Source of the DNA: Monocercomonoides exilis PA203 | Taxonomy: Eukaryota > Protista > Preaxostyla | DNA: 64,000 nt | Reading direction: 5' to 3' | Assembly: GCA_001643675.2 (NCBI GenBank) | Contig: LSRY02000026.1 | Coordinates: 682,001-746,000, forward strand | In this document: positions 47,501-64,000 of the stretch, in pieces | How positions within the stretch are numbered: the first letter of the stretch is position 1 | Layout of the letters: each line of letters opens with the position of its first letter | Notes under the pieces: generated by a model | Seen by the model: only the letters and a program-made list of their open reading frames with translations | What the model was told of the DNA's origin: nothing | Databases searched by the model: none | Position numbers and translations under genes: made by a program

Positions 47501-50500
47501 TGATCAGCGGAATCAGATCAACATCTCCCTCGCTCCAAACATCCCTCCCACAGATGGAGTTGTTCGAGTTCAGTGACTCCTGGTTGTAGTTCAACGCAAA
47601 CAGCGTTTCGTTGATCTGGTGAACAATCGAGTGGCATCTGACAAACACGTCTTTCCCCACATGTGCCTCATTCATCACAAACAGAATGTTCACAATCTTG
47701 AAATTCAGAGGCGGAATCGGACTTTCATTTCCATAATTCGCATGTGGGTCAGACCCATCAATGAACAGCCCTCCTCCACACCCTGTCTCACTCGAGCACT
47801 TGCACATCGAAAACGTGCTCCCATTCACTTTCAACACCGACTCCCCACTCTTCAGCACCACTCTCATCCCCCCTCCTTCATCACTCAAACCACTCTTGCA
47901 ACTCGACATCGAACACTCATCCATCACACACTCCACCCCATCCTCAAATGATCCCACATCAACAATACTCGCTCCAATCCCTTCGTTTGTGATGTTCGCA
48001 AATGAACATCCAATAACCCTCAAAACTGGTCTGTTCCCATTTGAAAAGTCTTTCTTTTCTCCATTCATCTGGTTTTCATCTTCCATCATCGAAATCAGAC
48101 TTCTTTCTGTCACTCCAGCAAATGAGATGTTCACATTCTGAAGTGTCACCTCACCTGCACTTGGACTGAAGGCAATCAACCCTTTCAACTCTGAAATCAA
48201 ACTCAACGAACACCTCTCAATCACAACACTCCCTCCATTCACTCTCATCACACAATATCCAAAACTCTCTGCCACCCTCCTCCCTGGGCCAAATGAACAA
48301 TCTGAAACTGACAATAATGTGTTTGCTCCAGAGGATTCAATCAACACTTCGTGATGGGTGGTGATGGCTGGCTTGGTGAATGACACATTCACAAATGACA
48401 GACTCACATTCGACGATATCATTGAACCATCAGACAAATCATTCTCATCTTCATCACTGATCGTCACCCCTGTCCCTTTCTTTGTCCCTTCAATCACAAC
48501 TTTTTGTGACTCTGATATTGATGAAGAAATTGATGATGAAAATGATGATGAAAATGAAATGGAATGGCTCAGCAACCCAGATCCCACAATGGCAATATGT
48601 GTTTCCCCTCCTCCAAGTGTTGGATATCGAAGTGATATCAAGTGGTCAATCGATGAGCATGGTGCCTCGGAATACCCACACCCACTGAAGTCTCCTCCTT
48701 TCTCTCGAGAAACAAACCCATCCCCACTCCAGTTCCTCCACAAATACACAACCAGCGGAATCACATATCCCTCCTCTCCAGTCATCTTCCTCTCCCATCC
48801 ACACAGCTCATCCAATGATCCCAACTCCTCTTCCTTTATCTCCCATTTCAGGTGCCCCTCATTCACTATCTCACTCAGATTCCATCCTGACACAAACACA
48901 TTCTTCCCTTTCCACCCATCACATCCCTCAAATTCCATCCCTTCCATCACAAATGTTCCCATCTCATCTGCCAGCTTCACAAACATCCCTCCTCCCATTC
49001 CTCTCCCTCCTTCCTCAACATCCTCTCTTGGCACTTCACACAAAGAATACCTCACTCCTTTCATTTCCAACCTCCCTCCCTTCCCCACCGATATCTTCAT
49101 CCCTCCCCCTTTCATCCCACTCCCTCCTGAACACACTGATGACAAATTGCATCCTTCAATATTCACATTCCCATTCACACCCATCTCCACATTCAAACAT
49201 CCTCCTCCTCCTCCACTTCCACCAACAACTTCCACTCCACTCATTCGGCTGTCATTCATCTCCAATTGAGCTCCATTCGAAACAACAATTGGTGATTTCC
49301 CACTCATTCTCGCTCCCCCTTCCATCACAAATCCATGAACAACCAACCCTCCTCCCTCAATACAAATCACACTGTATCCAATCATTTCATCATTTCCAAA
49401 TGTGACTGAACAGCTGGTCATTGTGATGGTTGATGATGATGAGGAGGAGTGGATAAATCCACTTCTCTTCCCATTCATTTCTTCATTCAGCACAAATGAC
49501 AAATGTCTCATCTCAAATGATTTTGTGCACTCAATAAGGTTATTCTGGGTTATCGATCCTTCATCCCTCACAAGCACACTCATCCCTTCTTCTTTCCCAC
49601 AAACACTCACCTCAAATGATGCTATTTTCATCTCATTCTTTATCCATGATTCTGAGATAACTTCAATTTCATTCACATTGATGCTCGCTCTCTTCCCAAC
49701 ACAATAGTCAATCGTCAAACACCCAAACTCCTCAAACCCACAATGGCTCTGATCCAGTGCCCTCTCTCCTCTCCCATCAACTCTCAGCTTTGTCCCCATT
49801 GAACACAAATACACAAACAGCGGAATCACTTCCCCTTCTCTCCCATCCTCACTCCCACACAACTTCAACACATCTGTTGGAATCACACCAAAATCAAAAA
49901 ATGAAAATGAGCTCCCATTCACTTTCCACTCCAACAACACTCCTCCACCACATTCAACAAACACATCCTTCCCATATTGAGCTTTGTTATTCTCCCCAAA
50001 CACAAACAAACCCTCTCTTCCAGATTCCATTTTCATTGAGCCATCCCTGCTCTCCATCACAATCATCATCCCCCCCCCTCTCCCTTCACTTCTCCCACCT
50101 GAACTCTCCCCTGAACCCTTCGCCTCACACCCATCAATCACACAACTCCCATTCACAACAACACTCCCTTCCCCATTCACAACAACATTCATCCCTCCTC
50201 CTCTTCCACCAACACACCTGCACCCCTTCACAACACACGACTCAATCACAATTATCCCATTCTTCCCCTCATCCCTCTCTGCTCCAACCACTCCACTCAC
50301 CCATCCTCCATCTCCACTTCTCTTCTCAATGTTGTTCACCTCACATCCGCAAAACACAACTGATTCCACCCCTTCACTAAACTCAATCAGCGAATGTTCT
50401 CCAAATATCAATGTCTCTCTGATCACCAATCCCTCCACTTTCACTTTTCCCCCAACCACATTCGCAAAACAATATCCAATGGGATTCTCGGATGAACAAA

Positions 50501-53500
50501 CAACAGAACAGTCAGTGAGTGTGAGGAGTGTGGAGTTGGATGTGATCAGAGATGATGATGATGCACCAGACAGAACATATGGAATACAGAACTTGATGTT
50601 TCTCATTGAACATTTGCTTTGCACATCAATCAGACAAGATGACTCAAAATTCTCTGGTGCTTTCACCTTAATCTCTATCCCTTTTGTCACACATGAAATC
50701 TCCCATTCATGGCCATCTGTCATTCCAACTGCCTCAGCAAGCACATATCCTGAATCCAATTCGATCTTCTTGTTTGTGTCTGCATATCTCACCTGTGCTG
50801 CATGGATGATGGTGGCACACGGATAATAGTCAAACCCACAGAACCACGAGTCGTATCCACCCACCCCATCCTTCCCTTTCCCCACATGTGCTGCATCTGG
50901 ATATCTGTCCAAATACACATTCAGTGGGAACAGCCCCATTGTTGTGTCACTCCGATCATATCCCACAATCTCATTGTATTTTGAACTGTCATGTTGAACA
51001 TTCAGCTTTTCTCTTGTTATTCCCCAGCTCACTGAATCGCTCCCATTCACAAATACATAATTCCCTCCCAACGGGGCAGAACACCCTGAGAAGTCAACTG
51101 ACGCAATCGAGAAGTCAATCGAGTTGTCAGCCAGATGCAGCATCATCCCTCCTCCATATTTGCCACTTCTGCATCTCTTGAATGTTGTTGTTCTTTCAAC
51201 CTGAAGCTTGCTTGCATCTGTTTCCATCTCAACCTTGATTCCTCCTCCACTGCCATTTTCACACCCACAATCTTCGATTGTCACATTCTGAACAACAAAT
51301 GTCTCCCCTTCTGCCACACTCTTTGCCACAACCACCCCATCTCCTTCAATCAACTTCACATTCTTCACCGTTAAGTTCACCAGCGTGCTCCCTCCAGATA
51401 CTGTGGATGTCAAAAAAAGGGCAGAGGAGGAAGATGAAGAAGAAGATAAAACAGGTTCAGAGAACAACGATTGAGAAATATTCATATCTTTGATCTCCAC
51501 ATCAACCATCGACAGCTGTGAAAGTGGAACCGCAAACACTGACGAAGAAATAACATATTCTCCAACATTACTCCTTGTAATCACAACATCCTCCAACGAG
51601 AGTGACCCACTCCTGTCAGAAACCACAACCACACTCGGAGAAGAAGGATTTGCGTTTGAGTTACAGTCAACCTTCATGTGCAACAAACCAAGGTGACCTG
51701 TTGAAACACTGAACAGCGATCCAGTTGATGAAAGGGATTTCATTTCAATCGAACTCTCCATCCTTCCTTTCCCAATGACTGAAATCTTCTTTGTCCCAAT
51801 CTCAATTGTTGCTGTCTCGCTTGTGTGATTCCCGCCCATCAGCGTTATATTCAAATTGACCTGGATCACACTCTTATCAACTGCAACACCAATGGTTCTG
51901 CATGCACTTGACTCATCCAATCCACACAACTCTTCTTCGCCACCTCCACTCACAGCAACAAATCGATTGAGAATTCCTCTCTTCAACCAATCCTTTTTTG
52001 ATGTTTCGTCATATGTCCATTTTTGTTCATTTGCATAATTGTGTGCAAAGCAGATCCTCTTATCGTTTGTGTTTGTGGTGTAACATTCGAAAAATGGATT
52101 TCCAGCGTTCAAATAGACATCGTAAGTATCAACATATTCAACATCATGCCCACGTGGATTGGCTGCATCCAAACAACTGCATCCGTGAAAAAATAAAAAC
52201 AAACAATAGATACCATCATCTGGTGCTGTTGTTCGATTTGGATGCAGCTCCAGTCCTCCACCCTCTTTTTTAGCCCAACAAGAAATAAATTGGGTGCTTC
52301 TCATTTTGAATTCAGCAGGAACATTATAGCAAAAGATCCCTCCACCAATTGAATTAGCAACCGAGCATGACGTGAAACAGCAATCAAACAAACATGCACT
52401 CTCCCCTTTTCCATATTCAGTTCCAACACATCCAATATCTGAAACATAAAAATTATCAAGATAAAGTCCTCCTCCGTATCCATTTCCCAGACAACTCCTG
52501 AATTCACATCCACTGATCCGAACACAATTAGTGATTGAAAAAATGCATATACCACCCCCACGATAATTCTGTGCCACACAAGAATCAAATGTGTTGTTAA
52601 CAATCTCGACCGATTTTAAATTGAAAAAATTAATACCACCTCCTCCATAATGAGCACAGCAGTTGTTGAAAGAGCAATGCGAAACAGACACCGATGCCGA
52701 CGTCTGACTGAACATGCAGATTGCCCCTCCACTTGACACTCCATCTGAGTATGAATTTTCTGCTCCTGTTGTCTTCGACCCATCCCATTCACACCAAATA
52801 AACGAATTGGACCCATTTTCTGTTTCATTATGCCTTCCTGGCTTTAATGGAACATCTTCAGTTCCTTCACATTCAACATTCCTTGTCCGACAACACCCAA
52901 TGAATGAGGTGTTTGAAACAGACAAGGAAGCTAAGGGGTTATTCAGAGAGTGAACAATTCCGCCATCATACACATCGCATACTGATGAGAATGAGCAACT
53001 GCTCAAAAAACATGTGGTTTGGGTTGACGTAGCGGTTGAAGGCGAGCATGCATCATTTGCTGTTGAAATATTGAAAAATGTGAGTTGAGAGAGTGAAACA
53101 AGAGGAATGAAGTGTGATGAGAGGAATGGGGCTGATGAGACACAAAAAGAAGAGAAATGTGATTCACTCAACGAAATAATGGCAGACTGTGAAAAGTGAT
53201 TGCCAAATTGTTCAGAAGTGAAAAGAGGAGGAAATTCATTCAAACCTTCAACATTTGGCTCAACAGAAACATTAACAAATGATCCAAAACTCCCTTCCAA
53301 CTCAAAAGGAGATAAATGTTGCCCCACAAAAAGAATGCACTCTCTCATTGAAAGAATGCTTCCTCTTTTTGCAATGAGTATTCTTTTTGATCCTTTTTCT
53401 CTCATCAACAGTTTCATTTCCATGATTGATGAATTAAAGCATTCCAAACAACCATCTATTTCGCTCCATTGGAAAATATTAGGCTTCTTCAAAATTCCAA

Positions 53501-53786
53501 TTTCTTTTCCTAATTCTTCTTTGTTGTTTTTTTCATCTTTCTGAAAGTCTTTTCCACGAATTTCACTCAACTTCATTTTTTTATTCAATCTTATATCATC
53601 TTCGTTGCATTTAATAAACTCAGTATTTGAAGGGTTTTTGCTAATCTGAAGCATGTTTCCATCCATTTCAATAACCTTTTCTTCTTTCATATTTTCTCCA
53701 ACCAAGTTGGAGATTTCTTTTGAGGCAGCGAAAAGAATGCAATACAAATAAGAACAGAAAACAAATATCCCTATTCCTGACATCAT
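44532..53786 (-). CDS. second giant receptor-like pseudokinase (~3084 aa), paralogue of 7777-16986
   Basis: Uninterrupted ORF; first ATG at 53786 (MMSGIGIFVFCSYLYCILFAAS, signal-like). Same repeats, TM LLLIVMIMAAILVIVLIGFILFVV-RWRK, and RWMAPE..WECLTLDIPF. Confidence 0.88.
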   Translation of the reverse strand: MMSGIGIFVFCSYLYCILFAASKEISNLVGENMKEEKVIEMDGNMLQISKNPSNTEFIKCNEDDIRLNKKMKLSEIRGKDFQKDEKNNKEELGKEIGILKKPNIFQWSEIDGCLECFNSSIMEMKLLMREKGSKRILIAKRGSILSMRECILFVGQHLSPFELEGSFGSFVNVSVEPNVEGLNEFPPLFTSEQFGNHFSQSAIISLSESHFSSFCVSSAPFLSSHFIPLVSLSQLTFFNISTANDACSPSTATSTQTTCFLSSCSFSSVCDVYDGGIVHSLNNPLASLSVSNTSFIGCCRTRNVECEGTEDVPLKPGRHNETENGSNSFIWCEWDGSKTTGAENSYSDGVSSGGAICMFSQTSASVSVSHCSFNNCCAHYGGGGINFFNLKSVEIVNNTFDSCVAQNYRGGGICIFSITNCVRISGCEFRSCLGNGYGGGLYLDNFYVSDIGCVGTEYGKGESACLFDCCFTSCSVANSIGGGIFCYNVPAEFKMRSTQFISCWAKKEGGGLELHPNRTTAPDDGIYCLFLFFHGCSCLDAANPRGHDVEYVDTYDVYLNAGNPFFECYTTNTNDKRICFAHNYANEQKWTYDETSKKDWLKRGILNRFVAVSGGGEEELCGLDESSACRTIGVAVDKSVIQVNLNITLMGGNHTSETATIEIGTKKISVIGKGRMESSIEMKSLSSTGSLFSVSTGHLGLLHMKVDCNSNANPSSPSVVVVSDRSGSLSLEDVVITRSNVGEYVISSSVFAVPLSQLSMVDVEIKDMNISQSLFSEPVLSSSSSSSSALFLTSTVSGGSTLVNLTVKNVKLIEGDGVVVAKSVAEGETFVVQNVTIEDCGCENGSGGGIKVEMETDASKLQVERTTTFKRCRSGKYGGGMMLHLADNSIDFSIASVDFSGCSAPLGGNYVFVNGSDSVSWGITREKLNVQHDSSKYNEIVGYDRSDTTMGLFPLNVYLDRYPDAAHVGKGKDGVGGYDSWFCGFDYYPCATIIHAAQVRYADTNKKIELDSGYVLAEAVGMTDGHEWEISCVTKGIEIKVKAPENFESSCLIDVQSKCSMRNIKFCIPYVLSGASSSSLITSNSTLLTLTDCSVVCSSENPIGYCFANVVGGKVKVEGLVIRETLIFGEHSLIEFSEGVESVVFCGCEVNNIEKRSGDGGWVSGVVGAERDEGKNGIIVIESCVVKGCRCVGGRGGGMNVVVNGEGSVVVNGSCVIDGCEAKGSGESSGGRSEGRGGGMMIVMESRDGSMKMESGREGLFVFGENNKAQYGKDVFVECGGGVLLEWKVNGSSFSFFDFGVIPTDVLKLCGSEDGREGEVIPLFVYLCSMGTKLRVDGRGERALDQSHCGFEEFGCLTIDYCVGKRASINVNEIEVISESWIKNEMKIASFEVSVCGKEEGMSVLVRDEGSITQNNLIECTKSFEMRHLSFVLNEEMNGKRSGFIHSSSSSSTITMTSCSVTFGNDEMIGYSVICIEGGGLVVHGFVMEGGARMSGKSPIVVSNGAQLEMNDSRMSGVEVVGGSGGGGGCLNVEMGVNGNVNIEGCNLSSVCSGGSGMKGGGMKISVGKGGRLEMKGVRYSLCEVPREDVEEGGRGMGGGMFVKLADEMGTFVMEGMEFEGCDGWKGKNVFVSGWNLSEIVNEGHLKWEIKEEELGSLDELCGWERKMTGEEGYVIPLVVYLWRNWSGDGFVSREKGGDFSGCGYSEAPCSSIDHLISLRYPTLGGGETHIAIVGSGLLSHSISFSSSFSSSISSSISESQKVVIEGTKKGTGVTISDEDENDLSDGSMISSNVSLSFVNVSFTKPAITTHHEVLIESSGANTLLSVSDCSFGPGRRVAESFGYCVMRVNGGSVVIERCSLSLISELKGLIAFSPSAGEVTLQNVNISFAGVTERSLISMMEDENQMNGEKKDFSNGNRPVLRVIGCSFANITNEGIGASIVDVGSFEDGVECVMDECSMSSCKSGLSDEGGGMRVVLKSGESVLKVNGSTFSMCKCSSETGCGGGLFIDGSDPHANYGNESPIPPLNFKIVNILFVMNEAHVGKDVFVRCHSIVHQINETLFALNYNQESLNSNNSICGRDVWSEGDVDLIPLITFYYSAQVFVSGRGSDGRGCGAQSIPCASIDCGVEHIEEGVMNGILIYGEGFVRKECVIGDLVVNSLKKAQGIVRLNCKIEKSAEKDCVMEFVNECGVERCSFQFEDGFESAHTYFMKVKNGSMEIQKCEFISSSPTTTAELKLNSSIVSVESGELKITETTFSDIHSTTSILLFCEESNVIIVESRISNIKCEGDVVSVGGKAKVEMKEMGVVNVTVMSKGCVIGIEDAEKEVSVLNSSFGRCVNSVNKGSMMQIRNSKNVRIEACVFDGENENEVINEENNRKEGLCKWNGSLVDIEKSKVEMRETTIRNSKAGGLWVSGASVKIENGKFENNNPSIEGYPSARRNVICEGNGELNVVSVKGGDGLKDNSSLWILDEGCELGGIAAERGSSFFIPILEEVKNSSQPNGNVELMIVGKLLLPCDLSVKMSMKDGDEEEIVRKGIEEEGFVSENEIHTFISCSELEKVREETEVSVWIVFGKGDSPSSTERFIVKNRSENVGKGDERIVEGGKDGKSSLLLIVMIMAAILVIVLIGFILFVVRWRKQKRRTKELEEIVNDTVRKDPKAFEMVTMEMSPEEQWRRAEKEAEKKNEERMKKRVYEKSLGHSESSEHLLSESGSTEYILGRDSDKIPQWMLEKVDEKEEDDEETRKRTPSPSISSTSTTDSDSTFVRSESLCPTTSSMSNLVDAMACSSPHEKLIVDLRDSLFMLLHGRNKTKEMAIGTLQEREQTAAQILFWVANLALHSFDEMENGLSSLSTLSPHIVLFSEHMVICIVMHSDFSSDDDSDSSSISSSTVVTSASDDSEDSLPSSAFEDDEYNRKECLRWMAPELQVNKKMGATKKSVVFSIGMMLWECLTLDIPFGEYPAEVAGDKILNGERPDMAALVEESGLGELVESCWQSQRSIRISLDDLKRELFQHFPAGTMILTMSDAMEDEDGTEEEKSKTEDEAQAISESQEKLSVNPQKRERKTRNDVEKEMVKGIIIV

Positions 53787-54513
53787 TTTAACTGTCTGTT
53801 GGTTGAGAAAAGCAAAATACACTTCTATTATAATTAATGGAAAATGTTATGGGTCAAAAACAAAAGGCTCAATAAATAATTAATGGATGGTTTTTTGCTT
53901 TGTATTTATTTTCAATAAGTTATTGACGAAAAAAGAAATTTCATTATTATCAGTTATCTGTGAATATTTCAGATTATCTAGTTAATATTTGGAAGCACGC
54001 ATCGTATTTTGAAACTTTTTAAATTTTCAATTTTTATTTTTTTATCAAAGACAAAAAACACCAAAAAAAATAAAATAAAATAAAATAAAATAAAAACACG
54101 AATATATTAATTTCAAAGAAATCATTTTCCAATTGAATTAGTAATTTTGAAAACGAAATTCTTTCTTTTTCAACTGGGAACTTTTCCAAGCATTCACAAA
54201 ATTTATCTTATTTGGCTTAATAACAAGAATTGAATTCGACAGATATGAAATTTTCAAAGAACAATTTTTAAATTTACAAATCTTAGCGTCTTTCGTACCC
54301 CTTCACATGCCATGAAACTTTTCATTAAATTATCGAGGAAAAAAAAATTTCATCGAATGTTCATACGACCTTATTTTTCAAATAAAATAAATACAAATTT
54401 TCAAAAGCTGTGAAATACACATATTTCAAAAAGCAAAACTTTCGAAATCAAAAAGTGAAAAAAAAGAAAAAGAAAAAGAAAAAGAAATGAAAAAAGAATA
54501 GAAAATACAATTA

Positions 54514-62398
<7,885 letters not shown>

Positions 62399-63058
62399 AA
62401 AATCAAGAAAAGACATTTTTGCTGTTCCGAGTTATGGTTCTGGAAATTTTCAATGCTTTTTTGACAGAAAAATATAAAACATATAGATTTATTGATTCTT
62501 ATGTTGCATTTGATGAGAGTGCATTAAAAAAAAATTCTGACACGATATGAGTGTTTGATGTCAATCATCCTTTTAAATCATTTTTTCATTCTTTTATCCT
62601 TCCTTTTATTATTATGATAAATATTGTTTGAAACATGATTTATTATTTATTTTTCTTTCTTTCTTTCTCTCTCACTCTTATCAAATATTTGGAAAATTGG
62701 AAACGGATGTGATGAACTTACTTGTTCAAGTTACCCAGAGTTCAAAATAATAATGAGGAAAATTAATGAAAAGTTTTTATGAATTTAAATTTCGAACAAA
62801 AAAAAATTTAACTAAATTTCAATTATTCATTATGTTGGTTCGATCAAAAAGAAACAAAAGGTTTGCTTGTCTTCTCAAATACAAAAACGATCATTGGTTT
62901 TGTTGTTGTGACATATTGTACACTTATTTTTTTGAAATTGGAAAGAAGTTAGTATTTAGACAATAACATTTTCAAAAAGTCTGAAAAGAAGAAAGTTTGC
63001 TTTCACCGATTGTTTCCAATTTAAATCGCGATTGAATCTTTTTCATCTTGAATTAATT

Positions 63059-64000
63059 ATGAACAGAATGAATTTTTTTTATATCATTCAAAGAACATCC
63101 GAAATTGATAAGTTTAGGAGTTTGTTCTTTTCTAACGGTTTATACAAAAAGGCACTGTTTTTTTTATTCTTAATATGTGCTTTGAAGGATTGCTTGACGA
63201 ACTTGGAGGTTGCAATGAGAATGAGCAGAAACAGAAAATCGTTGAAATGATCGAAATTGTTGATGAAATGAGTAAAAATGAATTCATGGAAATTTGTACA
63301 ATTGAAATGTTCAATAAAATTCACAAAATGATTGAAGAAAAGAAATTGAATTTAATAAATGCGTTACCTATGTTGAAGCATATGGGATATTGCAATGTGT
63401 GGAAAGAATTTTGGAATTGCTGTTGCGATAGCTCTTCATTGAAGATAATATTTGAGAAGATCATTCTTGAAGAAAATAGAAAAACAGAAGGAAAGAAAGA
63501 GAAGTTGCAAGTTGATCTTTGTGAATGTCATCTTTTGCTAAACAATGATTCCTCATCTGAATTATTGTCAGTTTGTGTGAAGTGCCTTCTTAAAGCTGCA
63601 AAGCAAATTGATCAAAACGAGGAAACGCAAAAGGAAGTTGAAATGGCTTTGCTGACCTTGAGACGCATTGAAATGCTCACAGTTTGAAATAGAATCATCA
63701 TTTTAAAATTGTTGCTTTTTTCATATGTATTTTTAAAGAGAGAGGATCGTGAACCAAATCTGAATGAAATCAAAGAGATCATCAGATATCATCGGGATCA
63801 TCATAATTTGACGCATCTTGCGTGCCTATCTGCTTGGGAGATTGTGATAAGCCGATTTCATTCAGAAAAAAGTTTAGAAGATGTTGTTGTGAATCGGATG
63901 CATTTTGCTGAAGAAGCTGCAAAAGAAGTGGAAGATCTGTCGAAATGCATTGATTGGAACAAAAAAGAAGAAAAGACTGAGAAGAGAAAAAAGAAAGAAA
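63059..64000 (+). CDS. third KEVEMALLxLS family copy (introns 63120-63187 and 63682-63738); runs off the window
   Basis: Spliced reading TSEIDKFR/RLLDELGGCNENEQKQKI..QKEVEMALLTLRRIEMLT/REDREPNLNEIKEIIRYHRDHHNLT matches the other two copies, with the same intron phases. Confidence 0.8.

Overview
AT-rich eukaryotic protist DNA with short GT-AG introns, standard genetic code and many simple repeats. The protein families resemble those of the oxymonad Monocercomonoides; that assignment is inference, not a database result. Host genes: the 3' end of a UBR-type (N-recognin) E3 ligase; two paralogous intronless ~9.2-kb genes for giant single-pass receptor-like proteins (beta-helix/Cys-capped ectodomain repeats, one TM helix, kinase C-lobe-only pseudokinase tail) with patchwork identity; three copies of a 3-exon lineage-specific family (motif KEVEMALLxLS); and a multi-exon giant coiled-coil gene. 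Between them lies a dense transposon zone: a decayed pogo/DDE_1 transposase, two related non-coding foldback elements (358 bp, and 2199 bp with 916-bp arms inserted at a TA in a gene's third-last codon), a decayed Merlin/ISXO2 transposase, and a structurally complete but mutated DIRS1-type tyrosine-recombinase retrotransposon (ITRs, ICR, gag, RT/RNaseH/methylase-like, YR). The DIRS element is interrupted by a 3.6-kb Merlin element whose 264-bp TIRs include the first 22 codons of its transposase. No rRNA, tRNA or CRISPR array was recognised.
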